DNA of 64,000 nt from Mobula hypostoma. Its lineage: Eukaryota. The DNA lies in contig NC_086097.1 of assembly GCF_963921235.1 (NCBI RefSeq), positions 249,056,001-249,120,000 of the forward strand, given 5' to 3'. The notes beneath the pieces are model-generated. The model made no database searches, had not been told where the DNA came from, and worked only from the letters and a program-made list of their open reading frames with translations. The first letter of the stretch is position 1, and every line of letters starts with the position of its first letter. Positions 1 to 13,020 of the stretch are shown piece after piece. The translations under genes were made by a program, and so were the position numbers.

Positions 1-490
1 TACAACAGTGGGCGTCACGGGAGGTTGTTCCTGCCTGTGGCCATCGAACTTTGCAGCTCCTCCCGTGGAGGGTCAGACACCCTGAGCCAATAGGCTGGTC
101 CTGGACTTATTTCCATCTGGCATAGTTTGCATTTTGTTGTTTGATAGTTTGTGGTTTTTGTATTGCTATATTTATGCTCTATTCTTGGTTGGGCGGCTGT
201 AACGAAACCCAATTTCCCTTGGGATCAATAAAGTATATCTATCTATCTATCTATCTACAAGCAGTCCATGAGCAGGGTGAGTGGGATCCTTCATGATATT
301 ACTGGCCCTTTTCTGGCATCTTTCTGGATATATATCCTTGATGGATGGTAGGCGGGTGCCAGTGATGCATTGAACAGTTTTGACTACCCATTGCCTTCCA
401 TGGTGCAGTTCCTGTACCGTGCAGTGATGCAGCTTGTTCAGATGCTCTCTACTGCACATCTGTAGAATTACGTGAGTATGGATGTGTATG
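1..490. mobile_element. Two Rex1/Babar-like LINE 3' fragments (about 1-256 on +, with an (ATCT)n tail; about 257-490 on -)
   Basis: Translation ...VVKTVQCITGTRLPSIKDIYPERCQKRASNIMKDPTHP is typical of the Rex/Babar RT C-terminus. Microsatellite tail follows AATAAA. Confidence 0.7.
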
Positions 491-539
491 ACAAAGAAAC
501 CATAATCAACTGTGTTACCAAATGACAATAACCTTGGAC

Positions 540-1090
540 AGTTTAGGGATAGCCAGCATGGCTTTGTGCTTGGCCGGTCGTGTCTAAACTATCTTATAGA
601 GTTTTTTGAGGAAGATACCAGGAACCCTGATGAAGACAAGGCAGTGGATGTTGTCTACATGGACTTTTGCAAAGCCTTTGACAAGGTCTTGCATGGAAGT
701 GGGATCTGGACCAGCTGGGAAAATGGGCTGAAAAATGGCAGATAGAATTTAATGCAGATAAGTGCAAGGTGTTGCATTTTGGTAAGACCAACCAGGGTAG
801 GTCTTACACAGTGAATGGTAGGGCACTGAGGAGTGTGGTAGAGCAAAAGGACCTGGGGATACAGGTCCGTAATTCATTGAAAGTAGCATCACAGGCAGAT
901 AGGATTGTAAGGAAAGCTTTTGGCACATTGGTCTTCATAAGTCAATGTACTGAGTACAGAAGTTGGGGTGTTATGTTGAAGTTTTATAAGACATTGGTGA
1001 GGCCTAATTTGGAGTATTGTGTGTGGCTTTGGTCATCTGCCTACAGGAAAAATGTAAACAAGGTTGAAAGAGTACAAAAAAAAATTACAA
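540..1090 (+). mobile_element. Degenerate CR1 LINE RT fragment
   Basis: QHGF...SCL..LIEFFE...VDVVYMDFCKAFDKV and LYKTLVRPNLEYC motifs. Confidence 0.9.
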
Positions 1091-1529
1091 GGATGTTCTG
1101 TGTTCTTTGAGAGATTGAATAGGCTGAGACTTCAGAAAGTTGAACTAACTGATTAATTAATGGACAGTAGGGATTGGAGGGCCATGATCCTGGTGCAGAT
1201 CGATGGGAGTTTAAATGGTTCAGCACTGTCTAGATGGGCTGAAGAGTCTGTTTCTGTGCTGTACTTTCTTTAACTCTATGACTCTAAGCTGTTCAGACCA
1301 TTCAATAGTCTTGCTGTGGTGGGGTAGAAGCTGCCTTTGAGTGCTTTCAGGCTTTTGTATCTTCGGCCCGATGGGAAAGGGGAGAAGGGAGAATGTCTGG
1401 GATGGGTAGGGTCTTTGATTTTGCTGGCTGTTTTTTTCCTGCACTTTGGGTGCTTGACGATCTTTTTTTTAATGTGTTCTATTAGGTTTCTTTGTTTTGT
1501 GGCTGCCTTTAAGAAGACAAATATCTTCT

Positions 1530-2370
1530 TTTTCAATATTTTTATTGATTTCTTACATGAAAGAATACAGAGTACAGTAAGATATATATCGATTACAATA
1601 CATTGGAATCACAAATATAGGTTCATTACCCCATATCCATATACATTAAATTAAAACATAATATTGAAAAGATATACTTTGTTATACAAAAAATATCTAA
1701 ACCCATTACCAGAAAGAAAACAGCTGTTGGGTTAAAAAAAAAAGAAAAAGCCTTATCATATAATAAAACATATTGTTACCCAATATCTGTGCTTAATAGC
1801 AAATCAAAGACTTTGAAAATAATTCAAAAAAGGTCCCCACAATGTTAAAAAATCTTGTCTAGGTTCAGAAATTGAACAACGAATCTTCTCTAAATTTAAA
1901 CATGACATAACAAGAGTATGAGTAGGTGGAGAGGCATCCTCCACTTAAGCAACAATGCCCTCCTGGCTATAAGGGAAATAAAGGCCAATCTATGCAAATC
2001 ATGTGACTCCAAAATAATATGATTTCCTCCAACAATACCAAATAAGGCAGTCAAAGGATTAGGTTTAAAATTTACTTTAAAAAGCACTGTAAAAGTTTAG
2101 AACACTTCCTTCCAATATTTTTCAAGACTCAGACAAGTCCAAAACATATGGATTAGTGAAGCGTCTCCATTGTTACATCATTCACAATAGTGAGATATAT
2201 CTGAATAAAAACAAGACAGCCTATCTTTAGTCATATGGGACCTATGAACCATTTTAAATTGTAGAAGGGAATGACGGGCACATAACGATGAGGTATTAAC
2301 CAATTTAAAAATTTCATTCCAAGTATCCTCAGAAATTGGAATCTATTTCCAATTTCTGAGGAGACAAATA
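1530..2370 (-). mobile_element. L1-clade LINE 3' fragment
   Basis: Minus-strand translation CARHSLLQFKMVHR...C..C....ASLIHMFWTC..LEKYW (CCHC C-terminal domain), followed by an A-rich 3' end. Confidence 0.75.
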
Positions 2371-2394
2371 TCGAGGTTGGATATCGCATACAGT

Positions 2395-2745
2395 GGCATT
2401 ATGTGCTGTCTTGTATGACGTGAGCCATGATTGCTTTTGGCAAATATTTCTACAGAAGTGGTTTTCCATTGTCTTCTTCTGGGCAGTGTCTACAAGATGG
2501 GTGACCCCAGCCATTATCAACATCTTCAGAGATTGTCTGCCCGGCGTCAGTGGTCACATAACCAAGACTTGTGATCTGCACCGGCTGCTCATACGACCAT
2601 CCACCACCTGCTCCCGTGGCTTCACGTGACCCTGGCTGGGAGAGTCTAAGCAGGTGCTACACCTTGCCTAAGGGCGACCTGCAGGCTAGCAGAGGGAAGG
2701 AGTATCTTAAACCTCCTTCGGTAGAGATGTATCTCCACCCTGTCA
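2395..2745 (-). mobile_element. ~350-bp SINE-like family with an RTE-type tail. Other copies: ~3975-4350(+), 8100-8505(-), 8925-9212(-), 13083-13230(-), 40281-41067(-, interrupted), 61943-62310(+)
   Basis: At least 7 mutually similar copies. The 3' part, gaaggcaatggcaaaccacttc, resembles BovB/RTE tails; (TGA)n terminal microsatellite at 13084-13118. Confidence 0.75.
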
Positions 2746-2759
2746 TCAAGTAGTATTGA

Positions 2760-3740
2760 ATTCAATTGACTTTTTTACTTCCATCCTTCAAATATGAGGA
2801 GTAAAAATCTTTACGTTACGTCTCCATTCAAATGTGCAATGTGCAATCATAATAATTTATAATATCATGTACAACAGGATAGTCAATATAACATAGAAAT
2901 ACAGTAGCGTCAGCATGAATTAATCAGTCTGATGGCCTGGTGGAAAAGTTGTCCCAGAGCTTGTTGGTCCTGGCTTTTATGCTGTGGTATCATTTCCCGG
3001 ATGGTAGCAGCTGGAACAGTTTGTGGTTGGGGTGACTCGGGTCCCCAGTGATCCTCTGGGCCCCTTTTACACACCTGTCTTTGTAAATGTCCTGAACAGT
3101 GGGAAGTTCACATCTACAGATGCACTGGGCTGTCCGCACCACTCTCTGCAGAGTCCTGCGATTGAGGGAAGTACAGTTCCCATACCAGGCAGTGATGCAG
3201 CCAGTCAGGATGCTCTCAATTGTGCCCTGTTGAAAGTTCTTAGAATTTGGGGGGGGCCATACCAAACTTCTTCAATTGTCTGAGGTGAAAGAGACGCTGT
3301 TGTGCCTTTTTCACCACACAGCTGGTATGTACAGACCACACCTCGGTGATGTTTATGCCGAGGAACTTAAAGCTGTTCACCCTCTCAACCCCAGATCCAT
3401 TGATGTCTAGCCTGTCTCCATTCCTCCTGTGCATACATTGATAATAAATGTACTTTGAACTGTACTGAGGTATTGAGATGTATAGATAGAGGCTATGGAG
3501 GGAAGGCTGGTTTCCGTGATGTGCTAAGCTCTGTCCATAACTCTCCTCAGTCATGGGTAGAGGAGCTGCCGTTCCCAGAGGTGATGCACCCAGATAGGAT
3601 GCCTTCTCTGGTGCATCAATAAAAACTGGTGAGGGTCAACGGGACATGGAGAAATTTCTTTAGCCTCCTGAGGAAGCAGAGGTGTTGCTGAGCTCCCCTG
3701 GCCATAGCATCTACATGGTTCACTCCTAGGAACTTGAACT
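2760..3740 (-). mobile_element. Rex1/Babar-like LINE fragments
   Basis: FKFLG..I.....KKAQQRLFHLRQLKKF and GTIESILTGCITAWYGNC motifs. Confidence 0.85.
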
Positions 3741-4777
3741 AGAAACTTGATCTTGGAGGAGGTTATTGAAGCCGTGTTTGTGTGTCTATGTGAACAATAG
3801 TTTGATGTTTTTGAGTGCTTTCTTTAACTGGGAGGATGTGAACCGTATGAAGCCTTAGCTCAGTCCCCATGTCCAGTGCAGACCCTGGACCACCAGATCC
3901 CTGGAGCAGGTGTGTAACCTGCAGAACTTGTACTTTGACCCCAATAGCGTCTTATGCCTTCAGTGAAGTTAACAGGGTGGTGGGGCAGAAATACATCTCT
4001 ACCAAAGAACATGTAGGGCGCTCCTCCCCTCTGCTAGTCTGCAGGTCACCCTTGGGCAAAGTGTAACACCTGCTTGGCACACCACCGCCCCCCCAAATCT
4101 GGGTCACGTGAAGCTATGGGAGCAGGTGGTGGATGGTCGTATGAGCAGCTGGTGCATATCACAGGTCCTGGTTATGCGATCACTGACACCAGGCAGACGA
4201 TCTCAGAAGAGTGTCGATAATGGCTGGGGTCACCTGCCTTGTTAAGACACTGCCCAGAAAGAAAACCACTTCGGTAGACAAATTTGTCGAGAACAATCAT
4301 GGTCATGGAAAGTCCAAGTTCGCCCATGACATATGACACAGCACATAACAAAGGAACAATGTAAAGAGAATCCCACACGGGATGTTTGCTTGTACAAGGA
4401 GGGGTGACTGGATCCATTCATATCTTGCACCATGGTAACACTCAGTGATGGTTGTGGTTTGAAAACTCTGAACAGCTGCATCATGTGATTCCCAGGAGGT
4501 ATTAACAAAGTCGGATTGCATAGCCTTGAGCCAGATGACTAATGTTTACTTTAGAGTCCAATTCTGTACAAATCAATTTCTCGCTCTATGATGTACCTTC
4601 TTTAAGAACATAATGTTTTTATAGACTTAATCCCTTGGTTAAAACTTGTCTAGTCCTATCTATTGTTGATCGTTAATGCAAGACATCATATTTTACTGTA
4701 TGTTTCAATGTACATGTGACACATTAAACCTAATCTAATCTCATGTGACAAATTAAACCTAATCTAATCTCACAATA

Positions 4778-4942
4778 TGAGGGGTGATTGATAGGTTCGT
4801 GGCCTAAGGTAGAAGGAGATGAGTTATTAACTTCAAACTTTCTGCATAATCACTCAAAGAGTTGAACTGTACGTGCATGTAACGAGAGCTGTATAACTCA
4901 TCTCCTTCTACCTTAGGCCACCAACTTATCAATCACCCCTCG
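4778..4942. mobile_element. Mariner-type MITE, 165 bp, ~50-bp terminal inverted repeats, TA target duplication
   Basis: TA|tgaggggtgattgataggttcgtggcctaaggtagaaggagatgagttat ... ataactcatctccttctaccttaggccaccaacttatcaatcacccctcg|TA. Confidence 0.9.
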
Positions 4943-5107
4943 TAAACATATTCTCTAGTTTGCGGTTACTAAAGACTGTGGCAATTTTTCTTTCTGTTAT
5001 GAGAACCAGTCAAAGGTAACTGAAAAGAGTGTTTTTAAATATTAGCAACACACATAAAAGTTACTGGTGAACGCAGCAGGCCAGGCAGCATCTCTAGGAA
5101 GAGGTGC

Positions 5108-5143
5108 AGTCGACGTTTCGGGCCGAGACCCTTCGTCAGGACT
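5108..5143 (-). ncRNA. Minimal type-I hammerhead ribozyme (Penelope pLTR type)
   Basis: AGUC-CUGACGA-A-GGGU(CUCG)GCCC-GAAAC-GUC-GACU: conserved core, stem I AGUC/GACU, stem II, and a loop-less palindromic ACGU stem III. Confidence 0.8.
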
Positions 5144-5501
5144 AACTGAAGGAAGAGTGAGTAAGGGATTTGAAAGCTGGAGGGGGAGGGGGAGATCCAA
5201 CATGATAGGAGAAGACAGGAGGGGGAGGGATGGAGCCAAGAGCTGGACAGGTGATTGGTAAAAGGGATATGAGAGGATCATGGGACAGGAGGTCCGGGAA
5301 GAAAGACAAGGGGGGGGGGACCCAGAGGATGGGCAAGGGGCATATTCAGAGGGACAGAGGGAGAAAAAGGAGAGTGAGAGAAAGAATGTGTGTATAAAAA
5401 TAAGTAACAAATGGGGTACGAGGGGGAGGTGGGGCATTAGCGGAAGTTAGAGAAGTCGATGTTCATGCCATCAGGTTGGAGGCTACCCAGACGGAATATA
5501 A

Positions 5502-6539
5502 ACATAGAAACATAGAAACATAGAAAATAGGTGCAGGAGTAGGCCATTCGGCCCTTCGAGCCTGCACCGCCATTTATTATGATCATGGCTGATCATCCAA
5601 CTCAGAACCCAGCCTTCCCTCCATACCCCCTGACCCCTGTAGCCACAAGGGCCATATCTAACTTCCTCTTAAACACAGCCAATGAACCGGCCTCAACAGT
5701 TTGCTGTGGCAGAGAATTCCACAGATTCACCACTCTCTGTGTGAAGAAGTTTTTCCTAATCTCGGTCCTAAAAGGCTTCCCCTCTATCCTCAAACTGTGA
5801 CCCCTCGTTCTGGACCTCCCCAACATCGGGAACAATCTTCCCGCATCTAGCCTGTCTAATCCCTTTAGGATCTTATACGTTTCAATCAGATCCCCCCTCA
5901 ATCTTCTAAATTCCAACGAGTACAAGCCCAGTTCATCCAGTCTTTCTTCATATGAAAGACCTGCCATCCCAGGAATCAATCTGGTGAACCTTCTTTGTAC
6001 TCCCTCTATGGCAAAGATGTCTTTCCTCAGATTAGGGGACCAAAACTGCACACAATACTCCAGGTGTGGTCTCACCAAGGCCTTGTACAACTGCAGTAGT
6101 ACCTCCCTGCTCCTGTACTCGAATCCTCTCGCTATAAATGCCAGCATACCGTTCGCCTTTTTCACCGCCTGCTGTACCTGCATGCCCACTTTCAATGACT
6201 GGTGTATAATGACACCCAGGTCTCGTTGCACCTCCCCTTTTCCTAATCGGCCACCATTCAGATAATAATCTGTTTTCCTATTTTTGCCACCAAAGTGGAT
6301 AACTTCACATTTATCCACATTAAATTGCATCTGCCATGAGTTTGCCCACTCACCCAACCTATCCAAGTCACCCTGCATCCTCTTAGCATCCTCCTCACTG
6401 CTAACACTGCCACCCAGCTTCGTGTCATCCGCAAACTTGGAGATGCTGCATTTAATTCCCTCATCCAAGTCATTAATATATATTGTAAACAACTGGGGTC
6501 CCAGCACTGAGCCTTGCGGTACCCCACTAGTCACCGCCT
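5502..6539 (-). mobile_element. Young 5'-truncated CR1 LINE nested in the Penelope left arm
   Basis: Uninterrupted [11 protein letters not shown]...KFADDTK...RPHLEYC frame and (TTTCTATG)n tail. It splits the Penelope sequence ggaatataa|ggtgttg, which is contiguous in the copy at 36485-36500. Confidence 0.95.
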
Positions 6540-7777
6540 GGTGTTGTTCCTCCAACCTGAGTGTGGTTTCACCCTTACAGCAGAGGAGGCCGTGGATAGA
6601 CATGTCAGAATGGGAATGGGATGTGGAATTAAAATGTGTGGCCACTGGGAGATCCTGCTTTCTCTGGCGGACAGAGCATAGATGTTCAGCAAAGCGGTCT
6701 CCCAGTCTGTGTCGGGTCTCACCAATATATAAAAGGCCACATCGGGAGCACCAGACGCAGTATATCACCCCAGTCGACTCACAGGTGAAGTGTTGCCTCA
6801 CCTGGAAGGACTGTTTGGGGCCCTGAATGGTGGTAGGGGAGGAAGTGTAAGGGCATGTGTAGCACTTGTTCCGCTTACACGGATAAGTGCCAGGAGGGAG
6901 ATCAGTGTGGAGGGATGGGGGCGACGAATGGACAAGGGAGTTGCATAGGGAGCGATCCCTATGGAAAGCAGAGAGAGAGGGGAAGGGAAAGATGTGCTTA
7001 GTGGTGGGATCCCGTTGGAGGTGGCGGAAGTTACGGAGAATAATATGTTGGACCCAGAGGCTGGTGGGGTGGTAGGTGAGGACCAGGGGAACAAGTGCTA
7101 CACATGCCCTTACACTTCCTCTCTTACCACCATTCAGGGCCCCAAACAGTCCTTCCAGGTGAGGCAACACTTCACCTGTGAGTCGGCTGGGGTGATATAC
7201 TGCGTCCGGTGCTCCCGATGTGGCCTTTTATATATTGGCGTGACCCGACGCAGACTAGGAGACCACTTTGCTGAACATCTACGCTCTGTCCACCAGAGAA
7301 AGCAGGATCTCCCAGTGGCCACACATTTTAATTCTACATCCCATTCCCATTCTGACATGTCTATCCACGGCCTCCTCTGCTGTAAAGATGAAGCCACACT
7401 CAGGTTGGAGGAACAACACCTTATATTCCATCTGGGTAGCCTCCAACCTGATGGCATGAACATCGACTTCTCTAACTTCCACTAATGCCCCACCTCCCCC
7501 TCGTACCCCATCTGTTACTTATTTTTATACACACATTCTTTCTCTCACTCTCCTTTTTCTCCCTCTGTCCCTCTGAATATGCCCCTTGCCCATCCTCTGG
7601 GTCCCCCCCCCTTGTCTTTCTTCCCGGACCTCCTGTCCCATGATCCTCTCGTATCCCTTTTGCCTATCACCTGTCCAGCTCTTGGCTCTATCACTCCCCC
7701 TCCGGTCTTCTCCTATCATTTTGGATCTCCCCCTCCTCCTCCAACTTTCAAATCCCTTACTCACGTTTCCTTCAGTT

Positions 7778-7813
7778 AGTCCTGACGAAGGGTCTCGGCC
7801 TGAAACGTCGACT
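7778..7813 (+). ncRNA. Minimal hammerhead ribozyme
   Basis: agtc ctgacga a gggt ctcg gcct gaaac gtc gact. Confidence 0.78.
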
Positions 7814-9614
7814 GTACCTCTTCCTAGAGATGCTGCCTGGCCTGCTGCGTTCACCAGCAACTTTGATGTGTGTTGCTTGAATTTCCAGCATCTGCAGAAT
7901 TCCTGTTGTTTTTGTTTTTAAATATTAGCTTTGTTCATGACATGTGCAATGAAACAATGAAACGTACAGTGAAATCTGTTGCTTTGGACCAACGACCAAT
8001 ACAAAATGTAATGAGGCAGCCCACAAAATGTCGTCACACTTCCAGTGGCTATATAGCATGCCCGCAACTTGCTAACCCTCGCTAATCTGCAACCATCAGC
8101 GTTATGTGCCATATCATATGATGAGAAAGATCATGATGGTCCATTTGCCTTTAATCTAATCATTGCTGTTCTTCTTAGACTTCTCTCTTTCCAAGACCAT
8201 GATTGTTCTTGGCAAACTTTTCCACAGAAGTAGTTTGCAATTGCCTTTTTCAGGGCAGTGTCTTTACAAGGTGGGTGGCCCCAACCATTATCAATACTCT
8301 TCAGAGATTGTCTGCCTGGTGTCAGTGGTCACATAACCAGGATTTGTGATAAGCACCAGCTGCTCATACGATCATTCACCACCTGCTTCCATGGCTTCAC
8401 GTGACCCTGATCGGGGGGGTCTACACCTTGCCCAAGGGTGACCTGCAGGCTAGCAGAGGGAAGAAGCGCCTTACACTCCTTTGGTAGAGACATATCTCCA
8501 CACTACTGCCCTTATGTTCTAAAGCAGAGCAGAAGATGCTGGAAATGCCCAGCAGGTCAGTCTGCATCTCTGGGAAGAGAAACCCCAAGCAGAGAGCTGG
8601 CTGTCTGGACGAAAGAATATACAACACAGAGCATAGGAAATTGCAGCACAGTTCGGGCAAGGACTTTTCTCAGGGCAAAAATGGTTAATATGAGAGGGGT
8701 ATGATTTTAAGGCTATGGGGGAAAGTATAAGTGGGATGTCAGAGTTAAGCTCTTTACACAGAGAGTGGCGGGTGCTTTTGGCCCACAAGGTTGTCTCAGT
8801 CTTTTAACCTACTCTAGGATCAATCAAACTTTTCCCTCCATTTTACTTTCATCCATGTGTCTGTCAGAGTCCCTTAAATGTTATGATCTTGCACCTCATT
8901 GTTTACTTGCATTGCATTTTTTTGGTAGCCTTCTTCTGGGCAGTGTCTTTCCAAGACGAGTGACCCCATCCATTATAAATCCTCATCAGAGATTGTCTGC
9001 CTGGTGTCAGTGGTCACATAACCAGGACTTGTGATATTCACCAGCTGCTCATACGACCATCCACCATCTGCTCCCATGGCTTCACGTGACCATAATCAGG
9101 GGTGGGGGGTCTAGGATGATGCTATACCTTGCCCAAGGGTGACCTGCGGGCTAGTAGGGGGGAAGAGCGCCTTACACCTCCTTTGGTAGAGTCATATCTC
9201 CACCCCACCACCGTACCAATCTGCAGTAAAAATGTAGGAAAGATCCAACACTCTGACGGGGTGCAATGTGCATGTAGTGGAAGTGACTGTGAATAAAGTT
9301 AGCCCCACCATAAACTTAAGAGTGAAACCCCACACGTCCTGCGCACCCTGTCCACCAACCATAAGCAGCTGTGTCTGAACCTCATTCACACACACTGATA
9401 TTAGCACTGAGCTATTTGAATTGAATTGACTGAGCTAACACTCACTCTATTGGTGAGGTTCTTGGTCTTGACCTTGACCTCGTTATATTTTTGGACCTTC
9501 ACCTGTAGCGTTAAAATAAAAACATGTTATTTTAGTTTATTTATACAACACGGAAACTGACCCTTCCAACTTACTGCCCTGTTCACCCATGTGACCAGTT
9601 ACCCCACTAACTTA

Positions 9615-10135
9615 CACACACGAAAAAGTCCGCAGAGGCTGGAAATCCAGAGCCACACGCACAAAACGCTGGCGGAACTCAGCGGGCCAGGCAGCATCTG
9701 TGGAAATGAATAAACAGTCAACGTTTCAGGCCGAGTCCCTTCCTTGGGAATGAAAAGGTAGGGAGAGGGTTCCAGAGGAAAAAGCTGAAGGGGAGGACTA
9801 GCTGGAAGGTGACAGGTGAAGCCAGGTGAGCGGGAAAGGTAAAGGGCTGGAGAAGAAAGAATCTGATAGGAGAGGAGAGTGGACCATAGGAGGAAGGGAT
9901 CCAGGGAGAAGTGATAGGCAGGTGAGAAGAGGTAAGAAGCCAGACTGGGAAATAGAAGAGGAGGGGAGAGGAAACCAGCAGGAGAAATCGATATTTAGAG
10001 CATCGGTTTACAGGCTACCCAGACGGAATATAAGGTATTGCTCCTCCAACCTGAGAGCGGCCTCATTGTGGCACAAGAGGAGACCACAGACCAACATGTC
10101 AGAACAGGAATGGGAATTGGAATTGAAACGTTTAC
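9615..10135 (-). mobile_element. Older Penelope-like 3' fragment. Similar pieces: ~12335-12610(-), 18033-18300(-), 33835-34578(+), 39640-39775(+), 61492-61586(+)
   Basis: Shared terminus aaaatgctggaggaactcagcagg.caggcagcatc, a degenerate hammerhead and a purine-rich tract. The 33835 copy keeps GIY-YIG remnants. Confidence 0.8.
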
Positions 10136-11582
10136 CGACATGTCGGAATAGGAATGAACCTACCAACCTGTATGCCTTTCAAGTGTGGGAGGAAACCAGA
10201 GCACCTGGAAGAAACCCACGATGCCATGGTGAGAGCGTAGAAACTTCTTACAGACAGCGGTGGGAATTGAACCGGGATCGCTGGGGCTGTGCTACTGTAC
10301 CACCTGAAGCAAGCTGTAAACTCAGTCAGCTCTGTCATGGGCACCAGCCTCTCCAGCATCCACGACATCTTCAAGGAATAACGCCTCAAAAAGGTGGCGT
10401 CCTTCACTAAGGACCCCATCACCCAGGAGATGTCCTCTTCTCATTGTTACATTCAGGGAGGAGGAACAGGAGCCTCAGCTTCTCAACAGAACTCACTCAG
10501 GTGTGATACCCTCACTGACCCTACACAACATCCTGTAAATGGTCTTTCCTGCTCTCCTTGTTCTGTTGATAATTACTGAGTCTGTTCATATGTTCACATT
10601 TATTTAAGTTTGATTATTGGCATGTTTGTACATGTGACCTTTCTGCTAATTGTTGATTGTTCATGGCTGTTTGCACTATTGTCCTGTAAACTGTTGGTTG
10701 CTATTGTGTTGTCTGTTATGGTATTGTCCTGTGTTTTATGCTTGACACCGAACAACTATCAATTCTGTTCTGATTCAGATAATCTGATTCTGATTCACCC
10801 TGTGTCTTGATGTTTTAGGTTATGAGGACACTCAGTCCTCGTTTATTGTCATTTAGAAATGCATGCATTAAAAAATGATACAACATTCCTCCAGAATGAT
10901 GTCACAAGAAAACACAGGACAAACCAAGACTAAAACTGACAAAACCACATAATTATAACATATAGTTACAACAGTGCAAAGCAATACCATAATTTGATAA
11001 AGAGCAGACCATGGGCACGGTAAAAAAAAGTCTCAAAGTCCCGATACACCCATCATCTCACGCAGGCAGCAGAAGGGAGAAACTCTCCCTGCCATGAACC
11101 TCCAGGCCCTGCCAACTCGCCGATGCAGCACCATTGGAAGCACCCGACCGCAGCGGACTCTGAGTCCATCTGAAAACTTTGAGCCTCCAACCAGCCCCTC
11201 TGACACAGCCTCTCTGAGCACCATCCTCTGCCAAGTGCTTCAACCCCGCCCCGGCCGCTGAGCAACAAGCAAACCTGAGGACTCAGGGCCTTCTCCTCCG
11301 GAGATTCTGGCCCACACAGTAGCAGCAGCAGCGAATCAGGCATTTCAGAAGTTTCACCAGATGTTCCTCCATACTCTCATGTCCGTCTCCATCAAATCAG
11401 GATTGTGCACGGCACCCTACTTGACAAATAACAGACATCACCACTGGAGTGGCCGCTGCGAGCTGCGTTGCGCTGCCATCTTCCCACTGAGACAATGTAC
11501 GTATGACAAATAAAGCTCGTCTTTATTAAGTTTCAGTTGTACATAAAGGGATTAAATAAAGGTAGTTTGTTTTTACATTTTT

Positions 11583-11855
11583 GGCACAGTAGTGACGTGG
11601 TTAGCACAAAGCTTTACCAGGTTCAACTCCGGCTGCTGTCTGTAAGGGGTTTGTGCGTTCTCCCCGTGGACTGCGTGGGGTTCCTCTGGGTGCTCTGGTT
11701 TCTTCCCACAGTCGTACACGAAGACGTACCGGTTGGTTAATTAGTCATTGTAAATTGTCCCTTGATTAGTCTAGGATTAGATCGGGGGCATTGCTGGGTG
11801 GCATGGCTTGAAAGGCCAGAAGGGCCTATGCTATGCTGTATCTCAATAAATCCAT
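11583..11855 (+). mobile_element. tRNA-derived V-SINE (HE1-like). Other copies: ~31550-31775(-), 34815-35095(+), 35145-35370(-), 53145-53410(+), 57411-57555(+)
   Basis: A box (tagtggttagc) and B box (ggttcaattcc), followed by the V-domain gtttgtacgttctccccgtg...gggtttcctc..ggtgctc.ggtttcctcccaca. Confidence 0.8.
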
Positions 11856-12966
11856 AAACAGAAATATTTAAGGAGAAGTGTCTTTCACAACATCGGGGTG
11901 TGCAAAAGCACTTGGTCTGCAGACAGTGCAAGAGATATAATAATCGATTTCTACTCAACAGTGGGCAAGTACCTCTGAGAAATGGCTGAGGGATATTACT
12001 GGCTGGAGTTCTTTTCAGTGTTTTAAATTGTATTATAGAATTTTTCAGATCCACTCAATAAAGGAAATGAGAACTTGATTTAAAGACTCATGAAAGAGGG
12101 CACTTCAAAGTTCAAAGTAAATTTATTATCTATATATATATATATATATATCACTTGAGATTCATTTTCTTGTGGGAATTCACAGTGGAACAAAGAAGTG
12201 AAAAAGAATCAGCAAAAACTGTGAAACTGTGTCTTATCTCCCCTCCAACTTCTGTCAGAACTGTCCCCCCACCACTGCTGTGTTCTGTGACACAGGGTCA
12301 CAAGCTTCCAGATGAAGTGAGACGTTTGAGACCAAAGCAACACACACAAAATGCTGGAGGAACTCAGCAGGTCAGGCAACATCGATGGAAATTAATTAAC
12401 AGTTGACATTTTGGGCCAAGACCCTGCTTCAGGACAGGAAAGGAAGGGGGAAGATGCCAGAATAAAAAGACGCTAGAATAAGAAGATGGGGAGGGTCGAA
12501 GGAGGATAAGCTGGCAGGTGAGAGGTGAAGCCAGGTGAGGGGGGAGGAGTGATGAGGTAAGAAACTGGGAGGTTTAGCTGGAAAAGGTAAGAGGCTGTAG
12601 GTGAAGGTGATAGGAGAAGTCAGACGGGTAGGTGAGACCAACAACATTGTCCACTTTTCATAGCTCAGGTTAGAGTCACAGAGTACTACAGTACAGAAAC
12701 AGGCTCTTCAGCCCATCCAGACCCTGCTGAACTGTTATCCTGCCTCATCCCACTGACCTACACATGGACCATATCCCTCCATACCCCTCCCATCCATGTA
12801 CCTATCCAAACTTCTCTTAATGTTGAAAATCAACCCACTACCACCACATTTACCAAATAGCCATTAAAAATATATTTGCTGAGTAGCAGTGTTGTTAGAA
12901 ATATCTTTCACCCACACTCTGGGTCATCTGCTAACATCATCACATCTTTTTTTCTTTCCTATTCAG

Positions 12967-13020
12967 GGCCCCAGAGGACCCAAGGGTGACCTTGGTATTC
13001 CTGGATTTCCCGGAGTAAAG
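12967..13020 (+). CDS. COL15A1: Collagen XV alpha-1 exon (GPRGPKGDLGIPGFPGVK), 54 bp, phase 0-0
   Basis: Polypyrimidine tract + ttcag acceptor, gtaggt donor. Gly-X-Y; resembles human COL15A1 GPRGPKGDTGLPGFPGLK (recalled). Confidence 0.93.

Larger units (their letters stand above)
5047..7912. mobile_element. Penelope-like retroelement, head-to-head inverted structure (- arm 5047-~7090, + arm ~7088-7912), GIY-YIG endonuclease in both arms
   Basis: CKRNKCYTC...GVIYCVRCSRCGLLYIG.T.RRLGD.FAEH on both strands. 17-bp direct repeat TGTTTTTAAATATTAGC at 5030-5046 and 7913-7929. Confidence 0.9.

Noticed and set aside
3869..3915. Possible upstream collagen exon (DPGPPDPWS)
   Set aside because: It has no sustained Gly-X-Y, a poor pyrimidine tract, and no match to the expected preceding exon.
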